From Octopus sinensis (taxonomy: Eukaryota), in the NCBI RefSeq assembly GCF_006345805.1, contig NC_043023.1:20522001-20586000 (forward strand): a DNA stretch of 64,000 bases, given 5' to 3'. The notes beneath the pieces are model-generated. The model was not told where the DNA came from. It saw only the letters and a list, made by a program, of their open reading frames with translations, and ran no database searches. The first letter of the stretch is position 1, and the number at the start of each line of letters is the position of its first letter. Positions 52,495 through 64,000 of the stretch are shown piece after piece. A program made the translations under genes and the position numbers.

Positions 52495-52548
52495 CATATA
52501 TACACATACATATATATACATATATATATACATACACACACACACACA
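38113..52548 (+). repeat. copy B of ~14.4 kb direct duplication
   Basis: Colinear with 10945-25357. The left edge lies inside a SINE-2 unit and the right edge at the end of the microsatellite. Confidence 0.95.
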
Positions 52549-53059
52549 AGACGAAAAAGCAGAACCAAGGTTGAACGAGTATCTCGTGTCGTTTGGGTTA
52601 ATTTAATTAGGGTAAAACTTCAAACTGCCGTTACCCTAATTATTATATTCTAAATGAATCGAGGTACTCGCTCTCGCTGTCTTGGGTTCGATTTTTTCCT
52701 GCAATATAAACATATACTTATAACAGAACCGTAATACGGAACCCTAGATCCAGCCTCGGCTGTGAACCTCTAACCTGACGGATGACCAACTACAGCGCTT
52801 ACCCAGCGAACCAAAGCCTTTATATTCATTTATTTAGATATGTGTGTGTGTTTTAAATTATAATACAAAGCTAGGGAGTTTGTGGGGGGTGGGGATAACT
52901 CGACCGATTACATTAACCCCCAGTGTCTAACCGGGACTTATTTTATCAAGCCTGAAAGGATGAAGGGCAAAAGTCGACCCCCAGCGGAATTTGAACTCAG
53001 ATGAAATGCAGTGAAATATTTTGCCCGACGTGCTTAACGCTTCTGCCAGCAAGCTACAT

Positions 53060-53104
53060 TCTCTCTCTCTCACACACACACACACACTAACGCACACACA
53101 CACA

Positions 53105-53137
<33 letters not shown>

Positions 53138-53262
53138 TCACTCACTCTCTCTCACACACACGCACACACTATCTCTCACACACACACACTAACGCACACA
53201 CTTTCTCTCACACACACTCTCTCTCACACACACACACACTCTCTCTCTCACACACACACACC

Positions 53263-53298
<36 letters not shown>

Positions 53299-53470
53299 CT
53301 CTCTCTCACACACACACACTCACTCTCTCTCACACAGCCCCCTCACTCTCTCACACACACACACTCTCTCTCACACACTCACTCTCTCACACACACACAC
53401 ACTCTGTTTCTCACACACACACGCACACTAACGCACACATACACTCTCTCCCTCTCTCACACACACACTA
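53060..53470. repeat. (CA)n/(CT)n compound microsatellite
   Basis: Direct reading. Confidence 0.95.
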
Positions 53471-53679
53471 ACTAGATTTAATCTTTGTACAAACATAATG
53501 AAAGATAATTTTTACTCAACAGAAGTTATAATTATAAAACGAGTCGAGGGTCGAAAGAGTCGTTCATGGCTCTTAGCAAACGCACACGTACAGAGACATA
53601 CACACACACACATACACATACATTTACTCATGTACACACACACACCATATTCTAATTTATTAAAGCAATAGATATTTAT

Positions 53680-54295
53680 AGGCGCAGGAGTGGCTGTGTG
53701 GTAAGTAGCTTGCTTATGAACCACATGGTTCCGGGTTCAGTCCCACTGCGTGACACCTTGGGCAAGTGTCTTCTACTTAGCCCCCCGGGCAGACCAAAGC
53801 CTTGTGAGTGGATTTGGTAGACGGAAACTGAAAGAAGCCCCTAGTATATATATATATATATTATATATATATATATATATTATATAGGCGCAGGAGTGGC
53901 TGTGTGGTAAGTAGCTTGTTTACCAACCACATGGTTCCGGGTTCACTCTCACTACGTGGCATCTTGGGCAAGTGTCTTCTGCTATAGCCTCGAGTCGACG
54001 AAAGTCTTGTGAGTGGATTTGGTAGACGGAAACTGAAAGAAGCCTGTCGTAAATATATACGCATATATATATATATGTGTGTGTTTGTGAGTCTGTGTTT
54101 GTCCCCCCATCATCACTTGATAACCGATGCTGGTGTGTTTACGTCCCCGTCACTTAGCGGTTCGACAAAAGAGACCGATAGAATAAGTACTGGGCTTACA
54201 AAGAATAAGTCCCGGGGTCGATTTGCTTGACTAAAAGGTGGTGCTCCAGCATGGCCGCAGTCAAATGACTGAAACAAGTAAAAGAGTAAAAGAGT
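53680..54295 (+). mobile_element. SINE family 1 with duplicated head
   Basis: Head 53680-53845, (TA)n, second head from 53886, then tail. Confidence 0.9.
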
Positions 54296-54643
54296 ATATT
54301 TGGGTCCCAGCAGAAAACGAATCCCCTACTCAATTAAAACAAGGCCTTGCTTTCATTAATTAATGGACTTGCTTCAGTTATTAGCCTGCGGCCATGCTGG
54401 GGCACAACTTTGAAGTTCTTCATCAAATAGACACCAGCAGTCTCTCTTTTTACTCTTTTACTTGTTTCAGTCATTTGACTGCGGCCATGCTGGAGCACCG
54501 CCTTTAGTCGAGTAACTCAACCCAGGGACTTATTCTTTTGTAAGCCCAGTAGTTATTGTATCGGTCTCTTTTGCTGAACCGCTAAGTAACGGGGACATAA
54601 ACACACGCATCAGTTGTCAAGCAATGCTAGGGGACAAACACAA

Positions 54644-54708
<65 letters not shown>

Positions 54709-54721
54709 CATACACATATGT

Positions 54722-55230
54722 AGACCAGCAGGACAAGTGAGCCCAGCCCACTTATGCATGCTTTTCCTCCCTTGGACACAAGACCTGTTGAGGCAAGCGA
54801 AGTCGATATAGAACCTCATCCGACAACAGGCACCCATGCCAACGCCCTTTGCTTGCGAAGACATGTTGGGGCAAGCGAAATTGAAATCAAATCGAACCAG
54901 CCAGGATCCCTCGTCTGGTGGTACGTAAAAAGCACTATCCGACTCGTGGCCGATGCCAGCGCCGCCTCGACTGGCTTCCGTGCCGGTGGCACGTAAAATA
55001 CACCAATCCGACCGTGGCCGTTGCCAGCCTCGCCTGGCACCAGTGCAGGTGGCACATAAAAAGAACCCACTACACTCACGGAGTGGTTGGTGCTAGGAAG
55101 GGCATCCAGCTGTAGAAACATTGCCAGATAAGACCGGAGCCTGGTGCAGCCTTCTGGCTTCCCAGACCCCCTGTTGAACCGTCCAACCCATGCTAGCATG
55201 GAGAACGGACGTTAAACGATGATGATGATA
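54722..55230 (+). mobile_element. RTE-clade LINE 3' fragment inside a minus-strand SINE-1 (tail 54455-54655, head 55240-55455)
   Basis: RTE 3' signature with (GAT)n tail. Confidence 0.8.
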
Positions 55231-56032
55231 TACGACCAGCATCAGTTGTCAAGCAATGCTGCGGGGACAAACACACACACACATATACATATATACGACA
55301 GGCTTCTTTCAGTTTCCGTCTACCAAATCCACTCACAAGGCATTGGTCGGCCCGAGGCTATAGCAGAAGACACTTGCCCAAGGTGCCACGCAGTGGGACT
55401 GAACCCAGAACCATGTGGTTGGTAAGCAAGCTACTTACCACAGAGCCACTCCTGCGTACTATTTCTATTTTTTTTTTTTCTGAGGTCATTCTGTAGGTCG
55501 CTTTCTGCTAAGCCGCTATGGGATGAAAACAAAACAACATCGGCTGTTAGTCGGGATGTGTAAACAGCCAACGGGCGTCTTTTAGTTTCCGTCTGCCAAA
55601 TCCACTTGCCCAAGGTGCCATGCAGCGGGACTGAACCCGGGATTAAAAAGTCGCAAAGAAACTTACAACTGGGTTAATTAGAACATACTTCACATACTTT
55701 TGATTATAATTAAATTCATTTATGGAAAATAATTTTAAAAATGTCTAAAAATGGTGAATTTACATAGAAATAAAAAAGCAAGACGACTTAAATTTTAGGA
55801 TTTGAGGTGGAGTTTTTTTGTTTTAAATAGAATTTTGTCAAGGATGACGAAACATCCAATTAACAAAGATTAATTAAGGGCAATGGTTGTGTGTGTGTGT
55901 CTACACACACACATATATATGTCTAATATATGGCAACTGGGAACAGCTGAAAGCCAAATTTACTTCTATAACGGAATATGTAATAACCATTATTTTAAAT
56001 TAATTTCTTTATATATATATATATATATATAT

Positions 56033-57215
56033 ATGGTGCCCCAGCATGGCCACAGCTTGTGTGGTAAGTAGCTTGCTAACCAACCAAATGGTTCCGGGTT
56101 CAGTGCCCACTGCGTGGCACCTTGGGCAAGTGTCTTCTGCTATAGCCCCAGGCAGAACAAAGCCTTGTGAGTGGATTTAGTAGACAGAAACTGAAAGAAG
56201 CCCGTCGTATATATGTATATATATCATCATCATCATCGTTTAACGTCCGTTCTCCATGCTAGCATGGGTTGGACGGTTCGACCAGGGATCTGGGAAGCCA
56301 GAAGGCTGCACCAGGCTCCAGTTTGATCTGGCAGAGTTTCTACAGCTGGATGCCCTTCCTAACGCCAACCACTCCGTGAGTGTAGTGGGTTCTTTTTACG
56401 TGCCACCTGCACAGGTGCCAGGCGAGGCTGGCAACGGCCACGGTCGGATTGGTGCATTTTACGTGCCACCTGCACGGAAACCAGTCGAGGCGGCGCTGGC
56501 ATCGGCCACGAGTCGGATAGTGCTTTTTACGTACCACCAGACGAGGGATCCTGGCTGGTTCGATTTGATTTCAATTTCGCTTGCCCCAACATGTCTTCGC
56601 AAGCAAAGGGCGTTGGCATAGGTGCCTGTTGTCGGATGAGGTTCGATATCGACTTCGCTTGCCTCAACAGATCTTTGTGTGTCCAAGGGAGGAAAGGCAT
56701 GCATAAGTGGGCTGGGCTCACTTGTCCTGCCTGGTCTTCTCACGTACAGCATATTTCCAAAGGTCTCGGTCGCTGGTCATTTCCTCAGTGAGGCCTATAT
56801 ATATATATATATGGTGCCCCAGCATGACCACAGCTTGTGTGGTAAGTAGCTTGCTTATGAACCACATGGTTCCGGGTTCAGTCCCATTACGTGGCACCTT
56901 GGGCAAGTGTCTTCTACTATAGCCCTAGGCCAACCAAAGCCTTGTGAGTTGATTTGGTAGACGGAAACTGAAAAAAGCCCGTCGTATATATATATATATA
57001 TATATAAGTGTGTGTGTGTGTTTGTCTCCCTAGCATTGCTGGACAACCGATGCTGGTGTGTTTACATCCCCGTCACTTAGCGGTTCGGCAAAAAGAGACC
57101 GATCGAATAAGTACTGGGCTTACAAAAGAATAAGTCCCGGGGCCGATTTGCTCGGCTAAAGGCGGTGTTCCAGCATGGCCGCAGTCAAATGACTGAAACA
57201 AGTAAAAGAGTAAAG
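56033..57215 (+). mobile_element. SINE family 1 copies whose 5' end is replaced by a CR1 tail segment (56033-56222 and 56812-57215)
   Basis: GGTGCCCCAGCATG(G/A)CCACAGCT fused to TGTGTGGTAAGTAGC in both copies. Confidence 0.8.
56224..56795 (-). mobile_element. RTE-clade LINE 3' fragment including ORF2 C-terminus
   Basis: LTEEMTSDRDLWKYAVREKTRQDK* followed by the 3' UTR and (GAT)n tail. Confidence 0.8.
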
Positions 57216-57219
57216 AGTG

Positions 57220-57742
57220 TATATACACATACATACATGCATATACACACGCATCTGCATATGTGTATTTCAAAAATTTAACAAAAATACAAACAAGTTC
57301 TACAAAAACAAAATTGGTAATATATATGTGTGTATATGTATATGTATACACGCCTCATATTTCGACTACTTTCACTTTATAAAACTATTATTTTGAAGGG
57401 TTTCAATGCATTATACACACACATTTTATAGATACACATGTATATATAAACACATTCTATAGATACATACATATATGTACACACACACATATATATACAC
57501 ATAGATACATACATATATATATATATACACACACATATATATACACATAGATACATGCGTATATATACACACAGATACATACATATATATACATAGATAC
57601 ATGTGTATATATACACATATATACACACATATATATATATACATAGATACATGTGTATATATACACATATATACACACATTTTATAGATACATACGTATA
57701 TACACACACAGACACACGTATATACACACACATTTTATAGAT

Positions 57743-57779
<37 letters not shown>

Positions 57780-58030
57780 TATATACACACACACATTTTA
57801 TATATATATACATATATATATACACACATTTTATATATATATACATATATATATACACACATTTTATATATATATACACACACACATTTTATATATATAT
57901 ACATATATATATACACACACACATTTTATAGATACGTATATAATTATATATATATACACACATTTCATAGATACACACACACACACACACACCTGCATAT
58001 ATACATATGTCCATACACACACACACACGT
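57220..58030. repeat. (TA)/(CA) microsatellite with TTTTATA variant units
   Basis: Direct reading. Confidence 0.9.
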
Positions 58031-58159
58031 GTGTGCGCGTGCGCGTTGGCAGTAGAGAAAAGCGAGAGTCGACCATTATCGAGAGTTTGACAATCACGTA
58101 GGCAACAACGTTGGAATCGATCAGCAGCGGACGACCACCACACACATTGACATACACAG

Positions 58160-58432
58160 AGACGCACACAGACACAGCAACGTACACACACACACACGCA
58201 CGCACGCACGCACGCACGCGAGGGGAGATGCACACAGACATAGCAACACACGCACGCACGCGAGGGGAGATGCACACAAACATAGCAACGTACACACACA
58301 CGCACGCACGCACGCGAGGGGAGATGCACACAGACATAGCAACGTACACACACACACACGCACGCACGCACGCACGCGAGGGGAGATGCACACAAACATA
58401 GCAACGTACACACACACACACGCAACGCTCGC
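58160..58432. repeat. ~60 bp minisatellite (GCAACGTACACACAC..GCACGCACGCGAGGGGAGATGCACACAGACATA), about 4 units
   Basis: Direct reading. Confidence 0.9.
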
Positions 58433-58489
58433 GCGCGCGCATCTAATGACGTAGTGTGTAGGCAGTAAGTGGTGTCAGCAGCAGTTGAA

Positions 58490-59440
58490 AGACGGGAGGA
58501 GAAGGAAGGGGAGGGAGAGGAAGCATAGATGAAAGAGGGAGTGAGCAAAAAGGGGGAATAGTATGAATAGAGTAAGGGTGAGAAATATAGGGAGAGAGAG
58601 GTTCGGAGTGTAGAGCAGGCAAAGGAGAGAGGAGGGAAGAAGTGAGGGAGTGAGAAAGACAGAGGGAGTAAGCAAAAGGAAGAAAAGATTGAGTGGAGGG
58701 AAGGGAGTGAGAAACAGAGGGGGAGTAAGCAAAAGGAAGATATGTTAATAGGGAGAGAGGAAGAAAAGATTGAGAGTGAGGAGAATGTATGGAAGTGAGG
58801 GAGTGAGAAACAGAGAGGGAGTAAGCAAAAGGAAGAAATGTTGATAGAGAGAAAGAAATACATGGAGAGAGAAGAGAAGAACGTAAGGGAGCAAGCAAGA
58901 GGGAGAAAGTGAATAGCGGGAGGGAGAGAGGAGGAAAGAAGTGAGAGAGTGAGAAACAGAGAGGGAGTAAGCAAAAGGAAGAAATGTTGATAGAGAGAAA
59001 GAAATACATGGAGAGAGAGAGAAGAACGTAAGGGAGCAAGCAAGAGGGAGAAAGTGAATAGCGGGAGGGAGAGAGGAGGAAAGAAGTGAGAGAGTGAGAA
59101 ACAGAGAGGGAGTAAGCAAAAGGGAGAAATATAAATATGACGATAGAAATAGAGAGAGAAAGTGAGTGTAAGGACGAATAGAGAGAGTGATGATTAAAGA
59201 GGGGGGTAAAAATGACAGAGAGAAAGAAAGGTAGTAAAGAGAGAGAGCGAAACAGAAAGGAAAGTGAAGCAGAGAAAAAGAGAAAGAGAGAGAAAAGAGG
59301 ATAAAAAAGAGTGAAGTCAGAGAGAGGAGGGAGAAAGTATGTGAAATAAAGAGATGGAAGGAAAGAGGGAGGGGGAGAGAATAGGACAAAATGAGAGAGG
59401 GGGGAACGGAAAAAGCAGAGAGAGGGAAAATGAAGGGGAG
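58490..59440. repeat. purine-rich (GA) low-complexity tract with ~145 bp tandem duplications
   Basis: 58792-58937 is repeated at 58938-59081, with further partial copies. Confidence 0.85.
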
Positions 59441-59743
59441 GTGATGTTGTAACTGTATTAAAAATTGTGGGTTGAAGTGGCGATGCCCCCAGAACGATTT
59501 CCCATACCAAAGGGCGGAAGACCACGTAGCAACGAATGAAGGACACCACATCACACAGCGGAGCCTCATCAAGATTTAAACTCACGAAATGCCAAAGTTT
59601 TCCACAAGGTCGCACGGCTGCCAGAAATAGCGACTAAATCGTGTTTTAAAAACACGGTAGGACACATTAGATAATGTAGTCCTAGATACACTTAGACTGA
59701 AAAAAAAAAAAAAAGACGGGACGATCACTTTACTATACTATAC

Positions 59744-60330
59744 GGATCTTTTCCGTTTGACCGGCAGTTTTTTTCTAGCGGTGTCATATGAAATTGTCAC
59801 CCATAATTATGACCCTAGTATCGATCTATTGCATTTCAATCTCTTTTAGGGTTAGTTAGGGTTAGGGGTGAGGGAAGGGTATCTTTTTTTCTTCAGAAAT
59901 GTAAATAAACTCAATCTGTTTCTTAAACGAGGGACATATTCATACGGCACAGAATGTTTTTTACCTCAATAGACGTCAGTGGTTGGTTGAATTTGCGGAA
60001 ATTGACCCTAGTATCGATCTATTGCATTTCAATCTGTTTTAGGGTTAGGGTTGGTTAGGGGTAGGGGTATCTTTTTTTCTTCAGAAATGTAAATAAACCC
60101 AATCTGTTTCTTAAACGAGGGACATATTCATACGGCACAGAATGTTTTTTTTACCTCGATAGACGTCATTGATTTGTTGAAATTGCAGAAATTGAAGAAA
60201 AAAAACAACAAATATCTTACAAACTATAGAAGATGTTTTATAAACACATTCTACCAGGATACGAAGTTTAAAAGTGTTTAGTTACCTGGAAATTATTTTT
60301 TAAAAACTGCCGGTCAAACCGAAAAGATCT
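59744..60330. mobile_element. GG-TIR MITE with 8 bp TSD (Merlin/hAT-like) and an internal tandem duplication
   Basis: TACTATAC|GGATCTTTTCCGTTTGACCGGCAG ... CTGCCGGTCAAACCGAAAAGATCT|TACTATAC. 59810-60000 is repeated from 60003. Confidence 0.85.
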
Positions 60331-60346
60331 TACTATACATTAAATC

Positions 60347-60590
60347 AGGGGTTCGCAACCGTTTTTTTTTGTTTTTTTAATTATCTACGGACCCCCTTCG
60401 ATTACCTTTCACTCTGGTGGGACTCCCCCCCCCCCTATAGCCATTCAATGTTTTATAGAAACTTCTTTCAAAATTCCTCTTTCGTTTTTCGCATTAACTT
60501 TTAGCTCGAGATCGAAAATGTTTAAAATATTAAGCAACATTATTTCAGAGGACCTTAAAATCTGATGTGGACCCCAGTAGAGAAGCACTG
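60347..60590. mobile_element. possible hAT/Charlie-like MITE remnant
   Basis: CAGGGGTTCGCAAC left end and degenerate GTAGAGAAGCACTG right end. No TSD seen. Confidence 0.35.
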
Positions 60591-60764
60591 CATAGCAAAA
60601 ATCTAGGTACACTGTCAGGATACCAGTTAAATACTGGGGATACTTTAGTTTGATTAACCCCGTCCAAGGAAACTACGGTATAATTTGTTTCTTCATATTT
60701 TTGAATGAAATTTTCTTCAAATACGCTTCAAGCAGAGCAGTTTGGGATTATATCGGACTTACTC

Positions 60765-61612
60765 TTTATTCTTTTACGTGTTTCAGTCATTTGACTGTGG
60801 CCACGCTGGAGCAGAGCCTTTAGTCGAGCAAATCGACCCCAGGACTTATTCTTTGTAAGCCTAGTACTTATTGTATCGGACTCTTTTACCGAACCGCTAG
60901 GTTACGGGGGACGTAAACACACCAGCATCGGTTGTCAAACGATTTTTGGGGGGACAAACACAGACACATGTGGTAAGTAGCTTCCTTACCAACCACATGG
61001 TTCCGGGTTCAGTCCCACTGTGTGGCACCTTGAGCAAATGTCTTCTGCTATACCCTCGGGCCGACCAAAGCCTTGTGAGTGGATTTGGTAGACGGAAACT
61101 GAAAGAAGCCCATCGTCTATATATATGTCTATATATATATGTCTATATATATATGTCTATATATATATGTCTATATATATATATATATATATATATAGAT
61201 ATATATATATATAATATATATATATAGGTGCAGGAGTGGCTGTGTGGTAAGTAACTTCCTTACCAACCACATGGTTCCGGGTTCAGTCCCACTGCGTGGC
61301 ATCTTGGGCGTCTTCTGCTATAGCACCGGGCCAACCAAAGCCTTGTGAGTGGATTTGGTAGACGGAAACTGAAAGAAGCCCGTCGTATATATGTATATAT
61401 CTGTGTGTGTGTGTGTATGTGTTTGTCCCCCCAACATCGCTTGACACCCGATGCTGGTGTGTTTACCTCCTCGTAACTTAGCGGTTCGGCAAGAGACACC
61501 GATAGAATAAGAACTAGGCTTACAAAGAATAGTCCTGGGGTCGATTTGCTAGACTAAAAGGCGGTGCTCCAGCATGGCCGCAGTCAAATGACTGAAACAA
61601 GTAAAAGAGTAA
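60765..61612. mobile_element. cluster of SINE family 1 pieces: minus tail 60765-60965, plus head 60968-61115, plus full copy 61227-61612
   Basis: Family-1 motifs. Confidence 0.85.
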
Positions 61613-61721
61613 ACGATTATGTCCTTAACTATGAGTACACATCCACCCAATTTCTTTATCGCATTAAATTCCGATATAATCTTAATATTCACACCATGAA
61701 AGGAATCTGGGAAATTTGAAG

Positions 61722-63220
61722 GCGGCGAGATGGCAGCGTGGTTAGCACGCCGGGCGAAATGCGGAGCCGGATTTCGTCTGCCGCTACGTTCTGAGTTCAA
61801 ATCTCGCCGAGGTCGACTTTGCCTTTCATCCTTTCGAGGGCGATTAAATAAGTACCAGTTACGCACTGGCCTCGATGTAATCAACTTAATACCTATGTCT
61901 GTCCTTGTTTGTCCCCTCTGTGTTTAGCCCCTTGTGGGTAATAAAGAAATAGGTATTTCGTCTGCCGCTACGTTCTGAGTTCAAATTCCGCCGAGGTCGA
62001 TTTTGCCTTTCATCCTTTCGAGGGCGATTAAATAAGTACCAGTTACGCACTGGGGTCGATGTAATCGACTTAATCCGTTTGCCTGTCCTTCTTTGTCCCC
62101 TCTGTGTTTAGCCCCTTGTACCCTTGTGGGTAGTAAAGAAATAGGTATTTCGTCTGTCGCTACGGTCTGAGTTCAAATTCCGCCGAGGTCGACCTTGTCT
62201 TTCATCCTTTCAGGGTCGATAAATTTAGTACCAGTTACGCACTGGGGTCGATATAATCGACTTAATCCGTGTCTGTCCTTGTTTGTCCCTTCTGTGTTTA
62301 GCCCCTTGTGGGTGGTAAATAAATAGGTATTTCGTCTGTCTTTACTTTCTGAGTTCAAATTCCGCCGAGGTCGACTTTGCCTTTCATCCTTTCGGAGCCG
62401 ATTGATTAAGTACCAGTTACGCACTGGGGTCGATGTAATCGACTTAATACCTATGTCTGTCCTTGTTTGTCCCCTCTGTGTTTAGCCCCTTGTGGGTAAT
62501 AAAGAAATAGGTATTTCGTCTGCCGCTACGTTCTGAGTTCAAATTCCGCCGAGGTCGACTTTGCCTTTCATCCTTTCGGGGTCGATAAATTAAGTACCAG
62601 TTACGCACTGGGGTCGATGTAATCGACTTAATCCGTTTGTCTGTCCTTGTTTGTCCCCTCTGCGTTTAGCCCTTTGTGGGTAGTAAAAAAATAGGTATTT
62701 CGTCTGTCGCTACGTTCTGAGTTCAAATTCCGCCGAGGTCGACTTTGCCTTTCATCCTTTCGAGGGCGATTAAATAAGTACCAGTTACGCACTGGGGTCG
62801 ATGTAATCGACTTAATCTCTTTGTCTGTCCTTGTTTGTCCCCTCTGCGTGTGGCCCCTTGTGGGTAGTAAAGAAATAGGTATTTCATCTGATGCTACGTT
62901 CTGAGTTCAAATTCCTCCGAGGTCGACAAATTAAGTACCAGTTACGCACTGGGGTCGATGTAATCGACTTAATCCGTGTGTCTGTCCTTGTTTGTCCCCT
63001 CTGTGTTTAGCCCTTTGTGGGTAGTAAAGAAATAGGTATTTCGTCTGTCGCTACGTTCTGAGTTCAAATTCCTCCGAGGTCGACTTTGCTTTCATCCTTT
63101 CGAGGGCGATTAAATAAGTACCAGTTACGCACTGGGGTCGATGTAATCGACTTAATCCGTTTGTCTGTCCTTGTTTGTCCCCTCTGCGTTTAGCCCCTTG
63201 TGGGTAGTAAAGAAATAGGT
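61722..63220 (+). repeat. tandem array of SINE family 2: one head and 8 units
   Basis: Unit starts at about 61771, 61954, 62146, 62328, 62512, 62696, 62880 and 63037. Unit 7 has an internal deletion. Confidence 0.95.
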
Positions 63221-63409
63221 TTTTAGAAAATTCCATTTGAAAATATCCGCTTTTCCCAACCAATTCCTGGGGAAATACTTTTTCAATATTAAATTGAAAT
63301 AATCGGAATGTACAGCAGCTGAAGATTATCTGTAGAAAGTTCCATTAACAAAAATTACCATTTCTCTCGAAGTTATGAGGAAACAAAGTCGAAGGGAGGG
63401 GATTATATA

Positions 63410-63782
63410 CTCTCTTTTACTTGTTTCAGTCATTTGACTGCGGCCATGCTGGAGCACCGCCTTTAATCGAGCAACTTGACCCCAGGACTTATTCTTTTGT
63501 AATCCCAGTACTTATTCTATCGGTGTCTTTTTGCCGAACCGCTAAGTGACGGGGACGTAAACACACCAGCATCGGTTGTCAAGCAATGCTAGGGGGACAA
63601 ACACACACACTTATATATATATAGATATATACGACGGGCTTCTTTCAGTTTCCGTCTACCAAATCCACTCACAAGGCTTTGGTCGGCCTGAGGCTACAGC
63701 AGAAGACACTTGCCCAAGGTGCCACGCAATGGGACTGAACCCGGAACCATGTGGTTGGTTAGCAAGCTACTTACCACAGCCA
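63410..63782 (-). mobile_element. SINE family 1
   Basis: Reverse complement of the tail, (TA)n and head. Confidence 0.9.
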
Positions 63783-64000
63783 TTCGTGTAAGTTTGCCAA
63801 AACTTCTAAGCTTGTGGTTATGTAAGGGCATCTCCGTGGTGCTAGAAATAACAACCAAAATCTCGCTGAAAGCCGGCTGCGAGCGTTAGAAAGCCTCCTG
63901 CATATAAGCGAAGGAGTGGTTGTGCCTTAATAAGTTTATTTCCCAACCACATGATTCCGGGTTCAATCCCGGGGCCGACCGGAGCCTTGTAGGTGGATTT

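Noticed and set aside
52770-52825. tRNA-like sequence on the minus strand
   Set aside because: Box B is degenerate and no cloverleaf forms; at most an old SINE head.
57864-59615. Long Leu/Ser/Phe ORFs, also at 3483-3979 and 53021-53431
   Set aside because: Arise from (GA)/(CT)/(CA) low-complexity tracts.

Overview
Repeat-saturated eukaryotic (metazoan) DNA. The SINE/LINE complement and the very long (TA)n/(TACA)n tracts are what I recognise from octopus (cephalopod) genomes, but this assignment is pattern recognition, not a database hit. No intact host gene is visible. The only convincing host coding piece is a probable terminal exon on the minus strand (3957-4725), so the rest behaves like a large intron or intergenic region. 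Contents: (i) at least four tRNA-derived SINE families: a CORE-type family with an internal (TA)n and a CR1-like tail, a second family that forms 182-184 bp head-to-tail arrays, a third CORE-type family, and a tRNA-head element carrying a minimal hammerhead ribozyme; (ii) CR1-clade LINEs (one long decayed copy with a CCCH ORF1 remnant, APE and RT, plus truncated copies) and RTE, Tx1/L1 and Penelope-like fragments; (iii) Tc1/mariner remnants, including a 1.6 kb fold-back element, several MITEs and a non-autonomous Helitron; (iv) a ~14.4 kb near-identical direct duplication (about 10945-25357 vs 38113-52548) that is either a real segmental duplication or an assembled second haplotype. Almost all long ORFs in the supplied track (YIYI/VCIY, LSLS, SPPP) are microsatellite artefacts. 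The most interesting signals are two unrelated hammerhead-ribozyme elements, each laid down as an inverted repeat (one with a Pol III tRNA head); SINE arrays that always restart at the same self-complementary junction; and a SINE/LINE pair sharing a 3' stem-loop with compensatory changes.
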